DNA of 32,000 nucleotides from Kineococcus radiotolerans SRS30216 = ATCC BAA-149. GTDB taxonomy: Bacteria > Actinomycetota > Actinomycetes > Actinomycetales > Kineococcaceae. The notes beneath the pieces are model-generated. The model searched no databases, had not been told where the DNA came from, and saw only the letters and a list, made by a program, of their open reading frames with translations. How positions within the stretch are numbered: the stretch's first letter is position 1; each line of letters opens with the position of its first letter. Shown here one piece after another: positions 25,191 through 32,000 of the stretch. The stretch is from assembly GCF_000017305.1 (NCBI RefSeq), contig NC_009664.2, positions 660,001 through 692,000 of the forward strand, written 5' to 3'. The position numbers and the translations under genes are program-made.

Positions 25191-26663
25191 TCAGCCCTGG
25201 GACTCGGTGCCGTCGCCGGACCAGTCGACGTGGAAGTCCCCGGCCCGGTCGGTGCGCTTGTAGGTGTGCGCCCCGAAGAGGTCGCGCAGGCCCTGGATCA
25301 GCGCGGCGGAGGAGCGGTCCCGGCGCAGCGCGTCGTAGTAGGCCAGCGCCGAGGAGAAGCCCGGGGCCGGGATGCCCGCCTGCACCGAGTGCGTCACGAC
25401 CCGGCGCCACGCCTCCTGGCCCTTCGCCACCGCGTCGGCGAAGTAGGGGTCCAGCAGCAGGCTGGGCAGGTCGGGCTGGTTGGCGTAGGCGTCCTTGATC
25501 CGGTCGAGGAACTTGGCGCGGATGATGCAGCCCCCGCGCCAGATCGTCGCCATCGCCCCGGGGTCCACGCCCCAGCCGTACTCGGTGCTGCCGGCACGGA
25601 TCATGTCGAAGCCCTGCGCGTAGGCCACGACCTTCGAGGCGTACAGGGCGGCGCGGACGTCGTCCACGAACGCCTCCGCGTCGGCCTCGGCGACGAAGCC
25701 GCCGGTCCCCTCGGCGCCGGCGGCCGGTCCGGGCAGGACGCCCTGGGCGGCCTTGCGCTGCTCGGCGTGCCCGGACAGCGCCCGGGCGAAGACGGCCTCG
25801 GCGATCCCGGAGACGGGGGTGCCGAGGTCCAGGGCGGTCTGCACCGTCCAGCGCCCGGTGCCCTTCTGCTCCGCCTCGTCGAGGATGACGTCGACCAGCG
25901 GCGTCCCCTCCTGCGTGGGGTCGTCCTTGTCGAGGACGCGGGCGGTGATCTCGATGAGGAAGGACTCCAGGTCCCCCTCGTTCCAGGAGGTGAAGACCTC
26001 CGCGAGCTGCTTGGGGGTGCGGCCCAGGCCGTGGCGCAGCAGGTCGTAGGCCTCGGCGATGAGCTGCATGTCGGCGTACTCGATGCCGTTGTGGACCATC
26101 TTCACGAAGTGGCCCGCGCCGTCGGGACCGACGTGGGTGGAGCACGGGGTGCCGTCCACGCTCACCGCGATGTCGGCGAAGATCGGGCCGAGCTTGGCGT
26201 AGGCGTGCTCGGAGCCGCCGGGCATGATCGAGGGCCCCAGCAGGGCGCCCTCCTCCCCGCCGGAGACGCCGACGCCGGCGAAGTGGACGCCTCGCTCGCG
26301 CAGCGCGGCCTCGCGGCGGCGGGTGTCGGCGAAGTGGGCGTTGCCGGCGTCGACGACGATGTCGCCCTCGCTCAGCAGCGGGGCCAGCTCCTCGATGACG
26401 GCGTCGGTGGCGGGCCCGGCCTTGACCATGACGATGATCGTGCGCGGGGACTCCAGGGAGTCCACGAACTCCTGGGAGGTGTAGCCGGGCACGAAGGTCC
26501 CCTCGTGGCCGAACTCCTCGACCAGGGCCTTCGTCTTGGCGTCGGAGCGGTTGTGCACGGCGGTCACGTAGCCGTGGCGGGCGATGTTGCGGGCCAGGTT
26601 GCGCCCCATGGTCGCCAGACCGGTCACACCGATCTGCGCCTTCTGCGTCGTCGTCTCAGTCAC
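25191..26663 (-). CDS. gnd: NADP-dependent 6-phosphogluconate dehydrogenase (decarboxylating)
   Basis: 490 aa. Key segments are IGVTGLATMGRNLARNIARHG, GGSEHAYAKLGPIF, GAGHFVKMVHNGIEYADMQLIAEAY, KGTGRWT, WRGGCIIRAKFL and RDLFGAHTYKR. Confidence 0.93.
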   Translation of the reverse strand: MTETTTQKAQIGVTGLATMGRNLARNIARHGYVTAVHNRSDAKTKALVEEFGHEGTFVPGYTSQEFVDSLESPRTIIVMVKAGPATDAVIEELAPLLSEGDIVVDAGNAHFADTRRREAALRERGVHFAGVGVSGGEEGALLGPSIMPGGSEHAYAKLGPIFADIAVSVDGTPCSTHVGPDGAGHFVKMVHNGIEYADMQLIAEAYDLLRHGLGRTPKQLAEVFTSWNEGDLESFLIEITARVLDKDDPTQEGTPLVDVILDEAEQKGTGRWTVQTALDLGTPVSGIAEAVFARALSGHAEQRKAAQGVLPGPAAGAEGTGGFVAEADAEAFVDDVRAALYASKVVAYAQGFDMIRAGSTEYGWGVDPGAMATIWRGGCIIRAKFLDRIKDAYANQPDLPSLLLDPYFADAVAKGQEAWRRVVTHSVQAGIPAPGFSSALAYYDALRRDRSSAALIQGLRDLFGAHTYKRTDRAGDFHVDWSGDGTESQG

Positions 26664-26670
26664 CCGGGCG

Positions 26671-26676
26671 ATCCTG
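26671..26676 (-). promoter_or_regulatory. Candidate -10-like box CAGGAT, 7 nt upstream of the gnd GTG
   Basis: The minus strand reads CAGGAT-cgcccgg-GTG(26663). Confidence 0.4.
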
Positions 26677-26724
26677 CCCTGCCGGACCCCCCGTCCGACA
26701 GACCACCCCGGTGACGAACTCCTC

Positions 26725-28065
26725 TCACCGCCCCCGGGCGGCTGTGAGGCGCTCGCGGACGGCGTCGCGCACCCGCGGGACGACGACCCCGTCGCGGGCC
26801 ATCAGCCGGCGGGTCTGGCGGCGGCTGACGAGGATTCCCGCGACCCCGACCGCCCACAGCGGCAGCTGGACGGCGAAGGCCACCTTGAAGGCCTCCAGGG
26901 AGTACGTCTGCGGGGTCCCCGCCCCCTGCAGGTCCAGCAGCAGGCCGATGAGGGCGACGAGGACGATGGTCGCGGTGAACCCCATGACGTTGGTCATCCC
27001 GGTCGCCCCGCCGAGGCGGTGCGCCGGGTTGGAGGTCCGGGCGTAGTCGAAGCCGATCATCGACCCCGGGATGCCCGTGGCGACGACGACCACCAGGACG
27101 GCCAGCAGCCACACCGGCGCGGCGCCGGGCCACAGCAGCACCGCGCTCCAGACCAGGGACTGCCCGCCCACGACCGCCAGCACGATCCAGGACCGCCGCA
27201 ACGGGTGGCGGGCCACCAGGGAGCCCATCAGCGGTCCCGTGCCCGCCGCGCTGACGGTGTACAGCGTCAGCAGCGCGCTGGCCGTGCCGGGGCCGAGCCC
27301 CTGCCCCGAGACCAGGAACGGGTAGCCCCAGAGCGCGGCGAAGGCGTTGCCGGAGAACGGCGTCGCCCAGTGAGACCACAGACCGAGCCGCATCTCGGGG
27401 TGGCGCAGGGCGGCCCTGAGGTCGCCCGCCACCGCGGCCAGCGGCTTCGCCGCGCGCGGGTTCTCCACGCCCGGGGGGACGTCGCGCAGGACGAGGACGG
27501 CGAGCACCGCGGTGAGCAGGGTGAACCCCGCCACTCCCCCGTAGGCCGCGGTCCAGCCGGGCCCGTGCAGCAGCGCGACGAGGGGGACGAAGCTGAACAC
27601 CTGGCCGAGCTGGCCGAACAGCCCGACCAGCTGCGTCATCACGGGCACCCGCTGCGGCGGGAACCAGTTGGTCACCACCCGCAGGACGCTGACGAAGGTC
27701 GCGGCGTCGCCGGCCCCGACGAGCACCCGGGCCAGCACGGCCTGGCCGGTGCCGGTGCTCACCGCCAGCAGGGCCTGCCCGAGCCCCATGGCCACCGCGC
27801 CCGCCACGACGAGCCGGCGCGGGCCCCAGCGGTCGATGAGGACGCCGACGGGGACCTGCAGGGCGGCGTAGACGAGGAACTGCAGGACGGCGAAGCTCGA
27901 CAGGGTGCCGGCCCCGATGCCGTAGCGCTCCTGCGCCTCCAGCCCCGCCGCGGCCAGCGAGGTGCGGTTGCCGACGGTGACGACGTAGGCGAGCGCGCCG
28001 ACGGTGAAGACCAGCCAGGCGCCCCGGGCGACGGGGGCGCGGCGCGCCGCGGTGGCGGTGCCCAT
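26725..28065 (-). CDS. MFS transporter
   Basis: This is the C-terminal 446 aa of track ORF 26725..28728. It has about 12 hydrophobic segments. The MFS loop 2-3 motif is VGVLIDRWGPRRLVV. Its ATG at 28065 overlaps the GntR stop by 1 nt (TGATG). Confidence 0.85.
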   Translation of the reverse strand: MGTATAARRAPVARGAWLVFTVGALAYVVTVGNRTSLAAAGLEAQERYGIGAGTLSSFAVLQFLVYAALQVPVGVLIDRWGPRRLVVAGAVAMGLGQALLAVSTGTGQAVLARVLVGAGDAATFVSVLRVVTNWFPPQRVPVMTQLVGLFGQLGQVFSFVPLVALLHGPGWTAAYGGVAGFTLLTAVLAVLVLRDVPPGVENPRAAKPLAAVAGDLRAALRHPEMRLGLWSHWATPFSGNAFAALWGYPFLVSGQGLGPGTASALLTLYTVSAAGTGPLMGSLVARHPLRRSWIVLAVVGGQSLVWSAVLLWPGAAPVWLLAVLVVVVATGIPGSMIGFDYARTSNPAHRLGGATGMTNVMGFTATIVLVALIGLLLDLQGAGTPQTYSLEAFKVAFAVQLPLWAVGVAGILVSRRQTRRLMARDGVVVPRVRDAVRERLTAARGR

Positions 28066-28721
28066 CAGCGCACCGCCCGCAGCCGGTCGCCGGCGCGGCG
28101 GACGTGGTCGCGCACGAGGGCGAGCCAGTCCTCGCGGTCCTCGCCGAGCAGCGCCTCGCGCAGCCGCTCGTGGTCGGCCAGGGCGGTGGCGATCCGGTCG
28201 CTGGAGCCGTGCACGTTGGCGACCCCCATCCGCATCTGGCGGTCGCGCAGGGAGTCGTAGATGCCGGCGAGGACCTCGTTGCCGGCGCTGCGGACGACGG
28301 CGGCGTGGAAGGTGCGGTCGGCGTGCATGAACGCCCAGGGGTCGTCGACGGCGGCGCGCATGGCCTCCAGGTGCGGGCGCAGGGCCTCGGCGAGCTCCCC
28401 GCGGTGCTCCCAGGCGCGGGCGGCGGTGTGGACCTCGACGAGCTCGCGGGTCTCCAGCACGTCCTCGACCTCGGCCGGGGACACCGGGACGACGAGGGCG
28501 CCGCGCTTGGGGATGAGGTGCACCAGCCCCTCGGCCTGCAGCTTGAGCAGCCCCTCGCGGACGGGGGTGCGCGAGACGCCGACCCGGTCGGCGATCTCGC
28601 CCTCGGTGAGCAGCAGGCCCCCCGGCAGGGAGCGGTCGAGGATGCCGTGCTTGACCTCGGCGTAGACGCGGTCGGCGGCGGGCGGCGGGGAACCGGTTCG
28701 TGAGGGACTGGCGGTATCCAT
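28065..28721 (-). CDS. GntR family transcriptional regulator (FadR/FCD subfamily)
   Basis: 218 aa. The wHTH is LLTEGEIADRVGVSRTPVREGLLKLQAEGLVHLIPKRGALV. An all-helical FCD-like C-terminal domain follows. Confidence 0.85.
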   Translation of the reverse strand: MDTASPSRTGSPPPAADRVYAEVKHGILDRSLPGGLLLTEGEIADRVGVSRTPVREGLLKLQAEGLVHLIPKRGALVVPVSPAEVEDVLETRELVEVHTAARAWEHRGELAEALRPHLEAMRAAVDDPWAFMHADRTFHAAVVRSAGNEVLAGIYDSLRDRQMRMGVANVHGSSDRIATALADHERLREALLGEDREDWLALVRDHVRRAGDRLRAVR

Positions 28722-28730
28722 GTTGCATCT

Positions 28731-28736
28731 ATGCTA
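28731..28736 (-). promoter_or_regulatory. Candidate -10 box TAGCAT, 9 nt upstream of the GntR ATG (very short or absent leader)
   Basis: The minus strand reads TAGCAT-agatgcaac-ATG(28721). It matches TANNNT. No SD. Confidence 0.35.
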
Positions 28737-28737
28737 G

Positions 28738-28754
28738 CCCGGCCCCGGGCCGGG
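28738..28754 (-). terminator. GC hairpin immediately after the UdgX stop
   Basis: A 17-nt palindrome CCCGGCCC-C-GGGCCGGG abuts the stop codon at 28755-28757. No U-tract. It also abuts the candidate GntR -10. Confidence 0.4.
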
Positions 28755-29408
28755 TCAGCCCAGGGCGGTGGCCGCCGTGCGCAGGTCGGCCACCAGCGCC
28801 GCGTAGGCCGCGTCCCGCTCGGCCTCGGGGGTCCGCAGCACCGCGGAGGGGTGGATCGTCCCCAGGAACCGCTTCTCGCCCAGGCTGGTCGGCAGCGTGA
28901 ACAGCTGACCGCGGTGCTTGGTGACGCGGAAGTCCTTCGGCAGCAGCGCCTTCGCCGCGGTCGCACCCAGGCAGACGACGACCTCGGGGTCGACCTGGAC
29001 CAGCTCGGCCGCCAGCCACGGCCGGCAGGCGGTGACGTGCGCGACGTCGGGGCTGGCGTGGATGCGCCGCTTGCCCGGCGCCTCCTGGGTGAACCGGAAG
29101 TGCTTCACCGCGTTCGTGACGTAGGTGGTGGCGAGGTCGATGCCCGCCTCGGCCACGGCCTTCTGCAGCAACCGCCCGGCCGGGCCGACGAACGGCACCC
29201 CGCGCCGGTCCTCCTGGTCCCCGGGCTGCTCCCCCACCAGGACCATCCGCGCGTCGGGGGCCCCCGCGGAGAACACCACCTGCGTGGCGGGTTCCCACAG
29301 CTCGCAGCCGCGGCAGTCGGGCGCGGCCCGCCGCAACTGCTCCAGGTCCGCTCCGGGCGGGACCCACTGCGCCGCGCCGGGCCGGGACTGCGTCGATGCC
29401 GGTGTCAC
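28755..29408 (-). CDS. udgX: Uracil-DNA glycosylase superfamily protein of the UdgX type (family-4-like with the KRRIH loop)
   Basis: This is the C-terminal 217 aa of track ORF 28755..29759. Features present are the Fe-S Cys ligand context CRGC, motif A VLVGEQPGDQEDRRGVPFVGPAGRLL, YVTNAVKHFRFTQEAPGKRRIHASP with the KRRIH insertion, ACRPWL, LGATAAKALL and motif B IHPSAVLR. It closely resembles my recollection of M. smegmatis UdgX. Start is the GTG at 29408. Confidence 0.8.
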   Translation of the reverse strand: MTPASTQSRPGAAQWVPPGADLEQLRRAAPDCRGCELWEPATQVVFSAGAPDARMVLVGEQPGDQEDRRGVPFVGPAGRLLQKAVAEAGIDLATTYVTNAVKHFRFTQEAPGKRRIHASPDVAHVTACRPWLAAELVQVDPEVVVCLGATAAKALLPKDFRVTKHRGQLFTLPTSLGEKRFLGTIHPSAVLRTPEAERDAAYAALVADLRTAATALG

Positions 29409-29415
29409 CCCGCCG

Positions 29416-29421
29416 ATGCTG
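29416..29421 (-). promoter_or_regulatory. Candidate -10-like box CAGCAT, 7 nt upstream of the UdgX GTG and directly abutting the PfkB stop codon
   Basis: The minus strand reads TGA-CAGCAT-cggcggg-GTG(29408). Confidence 0.35.
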
Positions 29422-30504
29422 TCAGGAGGTCGCGAGACCGGCACCTCCGGTGGGGAGGTCGTTGAGCACCGAGAGGGTCGCGCTCGCCCGGCGCACCGGG
29501 CTGTCCGTCGCGCTCGGGTGCTCGCGCAGGACGTCGTCCAGGAAGCCGTAGCGGCGCACCAGCTGCGAGGTCGCCGAGGTGCGCGGCCCCAGCCGCAGGT
29601 GCGACCACCAGTCGGCGATGTCGCCCCAGCCCGGTGCGGAGAGCGAACCGCCGAACTGCTGCACCGACAGCCCCGCGCACAGGTTCGCGAAGGCCAGCCG
29701 CTCCGGCAGCGCCCACCCCCCGAGGGTCGCGGTGAGGAACCCGGCCCCGAACACGTCACCGGCCCCCGTCGCGTCCAGCGCCTCCAGGCGCAGACCGGGC
29801 ACCTGCGCGCTCTCCCCGCTGGTCTGGTCCACGGCCACCGCCCCCTCCGCCCCGCAGGTGACCACGGCCACCGCGACCCGCTCGGCCAGGGCCGAGACCG
29901 CGGCCGCCGCGGAGTCGGTGCGGGTGTAGCGCATCGCCTCGACGTGGTTGGGCAGGAAGGCGTGGCAGTGCTCCAGCCCGCCCAGCACGTCGGGGTTCCA
30001 CTGCGTGGAGGAGTCCCAGCCGACGTCGGCGAACACCAGCGACCCCTGGCCCTGCGCGCGCAGCACCCACGGCTGCGGGACGGCGGCCAGGTGCACCAGG
30101 CAGCTGCGCGCCGGGGGGACGTCCTCGGGTTCGTCGACCGGGGCCGGGTGCTCGTGGGTGACCATGGCGCGGTCCCCGCCGTAGGCCAGCGAGACCGTCA
30201 CCGGGGAGTGCCAGTCCTCCGCGCGGTAGGAGGTGGACAGGTCGATCCCCTCCTGCTCCCCGAGGGTCTGCCAGCAGAACTGCCCGTAGGCGTCGGTGCT
30301 GAACGCCGCGGACAGCGACGTCGACAACCCCAGCCGGGACGCCGCGACGGCCATGTTGGCGATGCCGCCCGGGCACGAGCCCATGCCCGAGGTCCACACC
30401 TCGGTGCCCAGCCGCGGCTCGGAGTCCAGCCCCGTGAGGACGATGTCGAGGAACACCGTGCCGCGCACGTGGACGTCGAAGGGTTCCCCGGTCGTGGTCG
30501 CCAC
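29422..30504 (-). CDS. PfkB/ribokinase-family carbohydrate kinase with a C-terminal extension
   Basis: This is the C-terminal 360 aa of track ORF 29422..31059. Key segments are VHVRGTVFLDIVLTGL, GGIANMAVAASRLG, VVTCGAEGAV and LDATGAGDVFGAGFL (DTxGAGD). About 55-60 residues extend beyond the usual end of the fold. I prefer the GTG at 30504; the GTG at 30537 is an alternative. Confidence 0.75.
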   Translation of the reverse strand: MATTTGEPFDVHVRGTVFLDIVLTGLDSEPRLGTEVWTSGMGSCPGGIANMAVAASRLGLSTSLSAAFSTDAYGQFCWQTLGEQEGIDLSTSYRAEDWHSPVTVSLAYGGDRAMVTHEHPAPVDEPEDVPPARSCLVHLAAVPQPWVLRAQGQGSLVFADVGWDSSTQWNPDVLGGLEHCHAFLPNHVEAMRYTRTDSAAAAVSALAERVAVAVVTCGAEGAVAVDQTSGESAQVPGLRLEALDATGAGDVFGAGFLTATLGGWALPERLAFANLCAGLSVQQFGGSLSAPGWGDIADWWSHLRLGPRTSATSQLVRRYGFLDDVLREHPSATDSPVRRASATLSVLNDLPTGGAGLATS

Positions 30505-30510
30505 CCGCCG

Positions 30511-30516
30511 ATGCTG
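30511..30516 (-). promoter_or_regulatory. Candidate -10-like box CAGCAT, 6 nt upstream of the PfkB GTG
   Basis: The minus strand reads CAGCAT-cggcgg-GTG(30504). Confidence 0.35.
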
Positions 30517-30600
30517 CCAGCCCGGCCGCCGGTCCACCAGAGCGGTCCCGCCGCCGCGGCCGGCGGGGCCGCTCCACCGGGCGGGCCCGGCCAGGAGGTG

Positions 30601-30606
30601 CAGGAT
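30601..30606 (+). promoter_or_regulatory. Candidate -10-like box CAGGAT, 6 nt upstream of the AKR ATG
   Basis: The sequence reads CAGGAT-gcgggc-ATG(30613). An AGGAGG at 30593-30598 (14 nt upstream) is an alternative, rather distant SD. Confidence 0.4.
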
Positions 30607-30612
30607 GCGGGC

Positions 30613-31647
30613 ATGGAGAACCGCACACTGGGGAGCAGCGGCACGTCCGTCTCCCACCTCGCGCTGGGCACCATGACCTTCGGCAGCGAGACCGACCGCG
30701 ACGGCTCGTTCGAGCAGCTCGACACGTTCCTCGCCGCGGGCGGCACCCTCGTCGACACCGCCGACGTCTACTCCGGCGGGGTCTCGGAGGAGATCATCGG
30801 CGCCTGGCTGGCCGACCGTCCCGCCGACGTCACCGAACGGGTGGTGCTGGCCACCAAGGGCCGCTTCCCCACCTCCGGGGAACCCAACGGCGTCGGCCTC
30901 TCGCGCCGGCACCTGACCCGGGCCCTCGACGCGTCCCTGCGCCGGCTCGGGGTGGACACCGTCGACCTCTACCAGGTGCACGCCTGGGACCCGTGGACCC
31001 CGCTGGAGGAGACCCTGGCGACGCTGGACTCCTTCGTCCGCGCCGGCAAGGTCCACCACGTCGGGTTGTCGAACTTCACCGGCTGGCAGCTGCAGAAGGC
31101 CGTCGACGTCGCCGACGCCGGCGGGTACTCCCCGCCGGTGACCCTGCAGCCGCAGTACAACCTGCTGGTCCGCGAGATCGAGTGGGAGATCGTCCCCGCC
31201 GCGGAGGAGAACGGCCTCGGGCTGCTGCCCTGGTCCCCCCTCGGCGGGGGCTGGCTGTCGGGCAAGTACACCCGCGACAACGCCCCCACCGGTGCGACCC
31301 GGCTGGGTGAGAACCCCGACCGCGGGGTGGAGGCCTACGCTCGGCGCAACGCCCAGACCCGCACCTGGGCCGTCGTCGAGGCCGTGCAGCGCGTGGCCGA
31401 GCAGCGCGGGGCCACGATGGCCCAGGTCGCGCTGGCCTGGCTCGCGGCCCAGCCGGCGGTGAGCTCGGTCATCCTGGGGGCCCGCACCACCGCGCAGCTC
31501 GCCGAGAACCTCGGAGCCGCCGACCTGGAGCTCGAGGCCGCCGAACTCGTCCTCCTCGACGAGGCCAGCGACCCCGAGCCCGCCGACTACCCCTACGGCG
31601 GACCGGGCTCGGCCCAGCGGTCCCGGAAGCTGCAGGGCGGTCGCTGA
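30613..31647 (+). CDS. Aldo/keto reductase
   Basis: This is the C-terminal 344 aa of track ORF 29125..31647. Key segments are MENRTLGSSGTSVSHLALGTMTFG, VDTADVYSGGVSEEIIG, VLATKG, VDLYQVHAWD, GKVHHVGLSNF, LQPQYNLL, LLPWSPLGGGWLSGKY and ILGARTTAQLAENL. Confidence 0.88.
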   Translation: MENRTLGSSGTSVSHLALGTMTFGSETDRDGSFEQLDTFLAAGGTLVDTADVYSGGVSEEIIGAWLADRPADVTERVVLATKGRFPTSGEPNGVGLSRRHLTRALDASLRRLGVDTVDLYQVHAWDPWTPLEETLATLDSFVRAGKVHHVGLSNFTGWQLQKAVDVADAGGYSPPVTLQPQYNLLVREIEWEIVPAAEENGLGLLPWSPLGGGWLSGKYTRDNAPTGATRLGENPDRGVEAYARRNAQTRTWAVVEAVQRVAEQRGATMAQVALAWLAAQPAVSSVILGARTTAQLAENLGAADLELEAAELVLLDEASDPEPADYPYGGPGSAQRSRKLQGGR

Positions 31648-31648
31648 G

Positions 31649-31858
31649 TCAGTCCGCCGGCGCGGGGTGTCCCTGCTGGCCCCGGACCCCCGCGTCGTCG
31701 GCCTCCTCGCTCTCGGGGAGGTCCTGCCACCCCTGCTTCGCCTCGGCGGTGAGCTCCTGCGAGGCCTCCAGGTGCTCCTGGGCGCTCTTCTCGTCGGGCA
31801 CGTCGGTTCCTCTCGTCGTCATCGGGGTCGTGGGGATCGTGGGGGTTGCCGGGGTCAC
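31649..31858 (-). CDS. Small acidic hypothetical protein (50-69 aa depending on start)
   Basis: The sequence is ...VPDEKSAQEHLEASQELTAEAKQGWQDLPESEEADDAGVRGQQGHPAPAD. About 94% of codons end in G/C. The GTG at 31858 overlaps the YihY stop as GTGA. Alternative starts are the ATG at 31822 and an internal GTG preceded by GAGAGGA. No family is recognised. Confidence 0.4.
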   Translation of the reverse strand: MTPATPTIPTTPMTTRGTDVPDEKSAQEHLEASQELTAEAKQGWQDLPESEEADDAGVRGQQGHPAPAD

Positions 31859-32000
31859 CGGGCGTCGGGCTTGCGGTCCGCGGCCATCGCGTCGCGCTCA
31901 CCCATGGGCTGCTCCGGCCCGACGGTGGTGTCCTTGTCGGTCTGCTTCTCCGACTCGGCGTTGACCTCGGCGCCGAGCAGGATGGCGTAGCTGGTCAGCC
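31855..32000 (-). CDS. YihY/BrkB (virulence factor BrkB / RNase BN-like) family membrane protein; 3' end only
   Basis: Not in the track because it is open at the window edge. My reverse-strand translation is LTSYAILLGAEVNAESEKQTDKDTTVGPEQPMGERDAMAADRKPDAR*. The ..ILLGAE.NAE motif is the characteristic end of the last TM helix of YihY proteins. Confidence 0.6.
   Translation of the reverse strand, partial: LTSYAILLGAEVNAESEKQTDKDTTVGPEQPMGERDAMAADRKPDAR

Overview
This is a high-GC (roughly 73-75% by eye) Actinomycetota chromosomal segment, tightly packed with about 31 protein genes. I found no rRNA, tRNA, CRISPR array, transposase, integrase or phage-like gene. It is the conserved principal-sigma-factor neighbourhood. 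hrdB/rpoD lies at 20.0-21.5 kb, with type IIA topoisomerase subunits on either side (parC-like at 1.9-4.3 kb, parE-like at 16.9-18.9 kb). Between the two sit small metabolic modules:
- an LLM oxidoreductase and an M20 amidohydrolase;
- a Baeyer-Villiger monooxygenase, an HATPase regulator-like protein and a carboxylesterase;
- a complete, translationally coupled six-gene fructose PTS operon (fruR-fruK-IIA-IIBC-ptsH-ptsI).

To the right of hrdB are Usp, DUF1232, EcsC, a small membrane protein, a spermidine-synthase-like protein, DedA, gnd, a GntR-MFS pair, a UdgX-type uracil-DNA glycosylase, a PfkB kinase, an aldo/keto reductase and the 3' end of a YihY/BrkB gene. The left edge carries the 5' part of a Pat-type GNAT/acyl-CoA-synthetase-like protein acetyltransferase.

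Many long ORFs in the track are GC-driven antisense or read-through artefacts. I trimmed or rejected them using recognisable domains, third-position GC and start-codon context.

My honest reading is that this is core genome, not an accessory or defence island, and I see no convincing new multi-gene system. The most under-explained items are:
1. the EcsC-DUF1232(-Usp) module, with three perfect 12-bp direct repeats at its promoter;
2. an orphan anti-sigma-type ATPase with an unrecognised N-terminal domain, wedged between a BVMO and an esterase;
3. the UdgX gene and the sequence motif it shares with its upstream PfkB neighbour;
4. a 15-bp GC-only inverted repeat over the parE promoter;
5. a strikingly recurrent (T/C)AnnnT-N6/7-start-codon (leaderless-type) architecture.

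All family assignments come from reading the translations and recalling motifs. No searches or RNA folding were run.
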